From: Rhynchobatus australiae
Taxonomy: Eukaryota
NCBI GenBank assembly: GCA_034780895.1
Contig: JAUZTB010000033.1
Coordinates: 30,661,820 to 30,725,819 of the forward strand
Reading direction: 5' to 3'
Length of the DNA: 64,000 nt
Below, one piece after another: positions 60,501 to 64,000 of the stretch. Both the position numbers and the translations under genes were made by a program. The notes beneath the pieces are model-generated. The model ran no database searches and was not told the DNA's origin. It saw only the letters and a list, made by a program, of their open reading frames with translations. Every line of letters starts with the position of its first letter. Within the stretch, counting starts at the first letter, position 1.

Positions 60501-63500
60501 TATCATGAATAAATTCCAAACAACAGTGCTCTGTCCTCCCCGTGATCTTTCACATCCCTTATCAAACAGTGACTTCTCACCCTCCCCGTGGTCTCTCACA
60601 CTTCCCTATCACGTGGTAATTTCTCACCTTCTCTGTTACAAAACAACCTCTTTGTTACTTGGAGATGTTTCAGCCTCTCTAATGTAACAACTTTTGCCTA
60701 GGGCTCCTTCTCTTTTAGAATAAGCATCCTGTTATGAATGGTGCACAGCTCCTAGAATCAGCTTTACTACGCTTAACTGAAGTACCAATTACACAGGCAG
60801 TAGGCCTTATGCTTTCTTCCAAACTCACATAAACATAAGCAACATGAGTTTGATTTCATGACAGATCTTTCCAAAACACCCGCCCCCATCCAGATACACA
60901 AAGCAGATGCAGCCAGGGAAGGCAAGTGCAGCTTTCGCTTTTCCAATTTAAATAACTTGTTGCACAGTTTATAACCAATTGAGAAGCAGTGGGATTGTGG
61001 GATGGAAAATCATTTAGAACTATAGAGGTCTATAAGTAGCTGCCTCTCCTTGTTTCAATTTGATTCAACTGGCCTTGGCAGAAGCTGGTGGAAAGTTGCC
61101 AACTCACCCTCTCACCCTGGGAGCAATGGCTTATTGCAGAGGTGACTTAAAATTAAAACTGCAAAAGGGTCCTCTCGGGATAAAAGATTTATTGCTATGC
61201 TAGTCTCACCCATTCTCTTATCCTCAGATCCCTACTTTCTTAGAACCTTTCTCCTACAGTTTCCGTATTTTAATATGTTTAACAGTTTTTATTTACAATG
61301 AACATGAACCTGAATCTTCCGTAGATGTATATTTTGTACTGAATATTCATAAAGAATTAAAAGAATACAAAAAAATAGTAGGAATGAAAATTAAAATTGG
61401 AGACAATAACAAATCCAAGATGATAAAAAATAATCTCCCACATTTTGAAAATGCTCTCCCAAAGCCTCTCCTATTAAGCTCATTACTGGCTATGGAATAG
61501 CTAGATTGAACACTGACTTCCCTTTAAGACAGCACTATGTGTTAATTTGTTAAATATGTTTGTGTAAAATCTCATCCAGGAAATCCATTGCCTCGTGGGA
61601 TCAAGGCCTTTGAATAAGCAAAAAAAAACCAATCACAGAAAAGAAATAAATCCAGGAGAGACATGACAGTCTGCCTTCTGATACTTCCTCAGTGTGCTGC
61701 AGAGTATAGTGCCTGCATTACTCTCAAACAAAACTAACCAATCACAACAGGTGGAACAGTTGTAAAACACTAATGCGAGGAAGTTCCTTCTGACTGGCTA
61801 CTGTAATTCTGGCAGAATGTTGACAGAATCTCAACATTATCTGCATAGGCAATGTCTCTACTAAACGTTACTGTAGATGGTTGGATCGGGCACAAGGAAA
61901 CTCCTGGCAAGTCTTTTAAGTCACATCACCTGACCATATATGCTCCTTAGTGGGATACTGTCCCTTGTCATTGGGCCAGAGCATGCTGGGCAATGCAGGC
62001 AGCTCTACTCTGAACTGCTGGCGTTTCTCAGCATGAGTGTGACCCAGTTCAGGATTCCCATGAAAACACGGATGTTCCAACTTGCTGGCCATCCTTCATT
62101 GGAGATTCCCAGACTGCGATCCAACTTTGGACTCCTCATGCAATACATCAGCAGAGCACAAACTTGCTGCAATTCCCAGCAGTTTCATTCATGTTACACA
62201 CTCAGATTACATACTCAGACATAAAATGGGGCATGAATCCAAGACCTTTGGATACAGACCTCAGATTGCCTGCTGAGCCTACATTAGTTTAGATCTGGCT
62301 CAGGAACAGTGAATCAATTTGTTTGAATGGAGAGGAATGGTCTACAAGGAACTTAGGTAAGTATAAGGTCATTAACATTTTTGATTTTAGTTGTTTGGAA
62401 ATATATTAATTTGCTTATATTATTTTAAAATTTTAATAGTTTTTCAGATTTTCTTTAGAAAAGCTTTCATTGATTTAATAGCTTGTGAATGTCAGGGACT
62501 CCCAGGATCATTCAAATTTCTTGACAGCTTAAGAATTGGCTAAAACTGGAGCATGGTTTGACTGGATGTCAAAGGATTTTTTCCTTAGTTTTTTCAGGTC
62601 CTATCCAGATGTTGACATTTTATTGCACATGCTTCTACCACTACACAGGGCCCTTTTGCCATTCAGGATCTTAGCATTTTGGATTGGGATAGCTTTGAGC
62701 ACAAATTTAACACTGGCAAATCCAGAAAATGCAAGGCCACACTTACAACATGAGTTAGTGGCATATACAAGTGGCTTTGCTGTTAGTGGCAAATGTTCTT
62801 CATTTGTTTTTCAGCCCATTCATTAATTAGATATGTCGATTTACAACTATTTTAAAACAGTCAAGTATCCCACAGTCAGGGTTATGCGATGTAGCAAAAT
62901 TGGACCAGATACCTTACCTGCTTTATATTGATGCACACCCAGATTAGCCAGGTTTGTAGTTTTCTACAGTGTGACAAGTCTTTTATTGAGTCTCTTTCTT
63001 TAATGGGATTCCCTTTCAAGCTACTTTAAGATTAAAATGGTCTTATCTCTGCTAATGATTCCTGATAGTGAGAATCTTTCGGGGTGAGATAGATAGTGAA
63101 ACAGGTCCTGATGGTAGATTCATCTCTAAAAAGGGTTGTAAGGTTGAAACTCCCTTCTTTGAGATGAAATTCAATTTCACTGTGCAAAGCACCATCATCA
63201 TATTATTGCGTGTGTTATTTAAAAAAATGTAAATTCAAATTAGAGCTTGCTATGGCTGCCGCACCACTCTGAAACTAAATTTTACTATCAGGTCAGTCAC
63301 ACAAACGTTAATTTATAAGGGATACAATTTAGTGAGTGTACATTTATAAATGTGTATCTCAAACTAAAAATTCAAATCCTGACTCACCTCAAAACAAATA
63401 AACTTATAAGATATTGTTTTTGAATTAAATAGCTGAGTCCTCACACTTGATTAACTTACCAGCTATCCACAGTTGGAGTTTCTCTCTATGGTTTTGTGTG

Positions 63501-63521
63501 TCCAGACAATTGTTAATTGTG

Positions 63522-63900
63522 GCTCGGTGGCAGCATTCTCATCCCTGAATCCAAGAGATCATGGGTTCATGCCCTACTGTGAGTTCTGAATAAGTAATCG
63601 TGGATGATGTTCCAGAGAACTACGAGGTAGTTTTTCTCCAACATAGTTACCTATTTTCTAAGGAAACATTAAACTAAGGCCCAAACTTCCTGACAAGATA
63701 GAGATTGTATAATACTAGTTAAAAACAGCCACAGAGATCTCCCATTGTCTTTTGGATCAAAAACATAAATGGACTATTATCTGGGCTATCTTGTTGTGCT
63801 TTAATTGGCTACCATGTTTTCCTACCCAACAACAATCTGTAACTTATTATGAAATGCTTTAAAACATTCTGAGAATGTGAATGGTTTTATATGAAAAAAA
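63522..63900 (+). mobile_element. Near full-length Deu-domain SINE (SacSINE1-like)
   Basis: tRNA-like head GTGGCTCGGTGGCAGCATTCTC..TGGGTTCATGCCC (A and B boxes), ACATTAAACTAAGGCCC, AATTGGCTACCATGTTTTCCTAC and the L2-type tail ATGCTTTAAAACATTCTGAG..GTGAATGG..TATATGAAA. Confidence 0.7.
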
Positions 63901-64000
63901 CCTGAAATTCCAGTACCTTTTTTTCAAACTTGGCACTAGTCATATCACATCACACATTCCCAACGTAGTTAAGTGTATTACCTGCCTAACAACATCTGCC

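Overview
AT-rich, CpG-poor vertebrate genomic DNA with nine N-gaps. The repeat content (CR1-type 3' tails, Penelope-derived 'GCTGGAAATACTCAGCAGGTCAGGCAGCATCTG' elements, Deu-domain SINEs, Rex1/Babar, L2 and RTE LINEs) points to a cartilaginous fish (shark or ray). I found no recognisable host protein-coding exon, rRNA, tRNA or known miRNA, so the window reads as a large intron or gene desert. Most listed ORFs are chance ORFs, N-gap artefacts or retroelement relics. Reading across frameshifts reveals two decayed PIF/Harbinger DNA transposons (~7.9-9.5 kb and ~40.1-42.0 kb). Each has a HARBI1-like DDE transposase on + and a convergent second ORF on -; in copy 1 the second ORF has Myb/SANT-like motifs. 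Other features are Penelope-derived ends with degenerate hammerhead-ribozyme cores, a Rex1-in-Rex1 nested insertion, old minisatellites split by several retroelements, a Tigger/pogo-like MITE, several hairpins, enhancer-like repeat-free blocks and one speculative spliced micro-ORF. All family assignments come from remembered consensus motifs, not database searches, and boundaries of old repeats are approximate.
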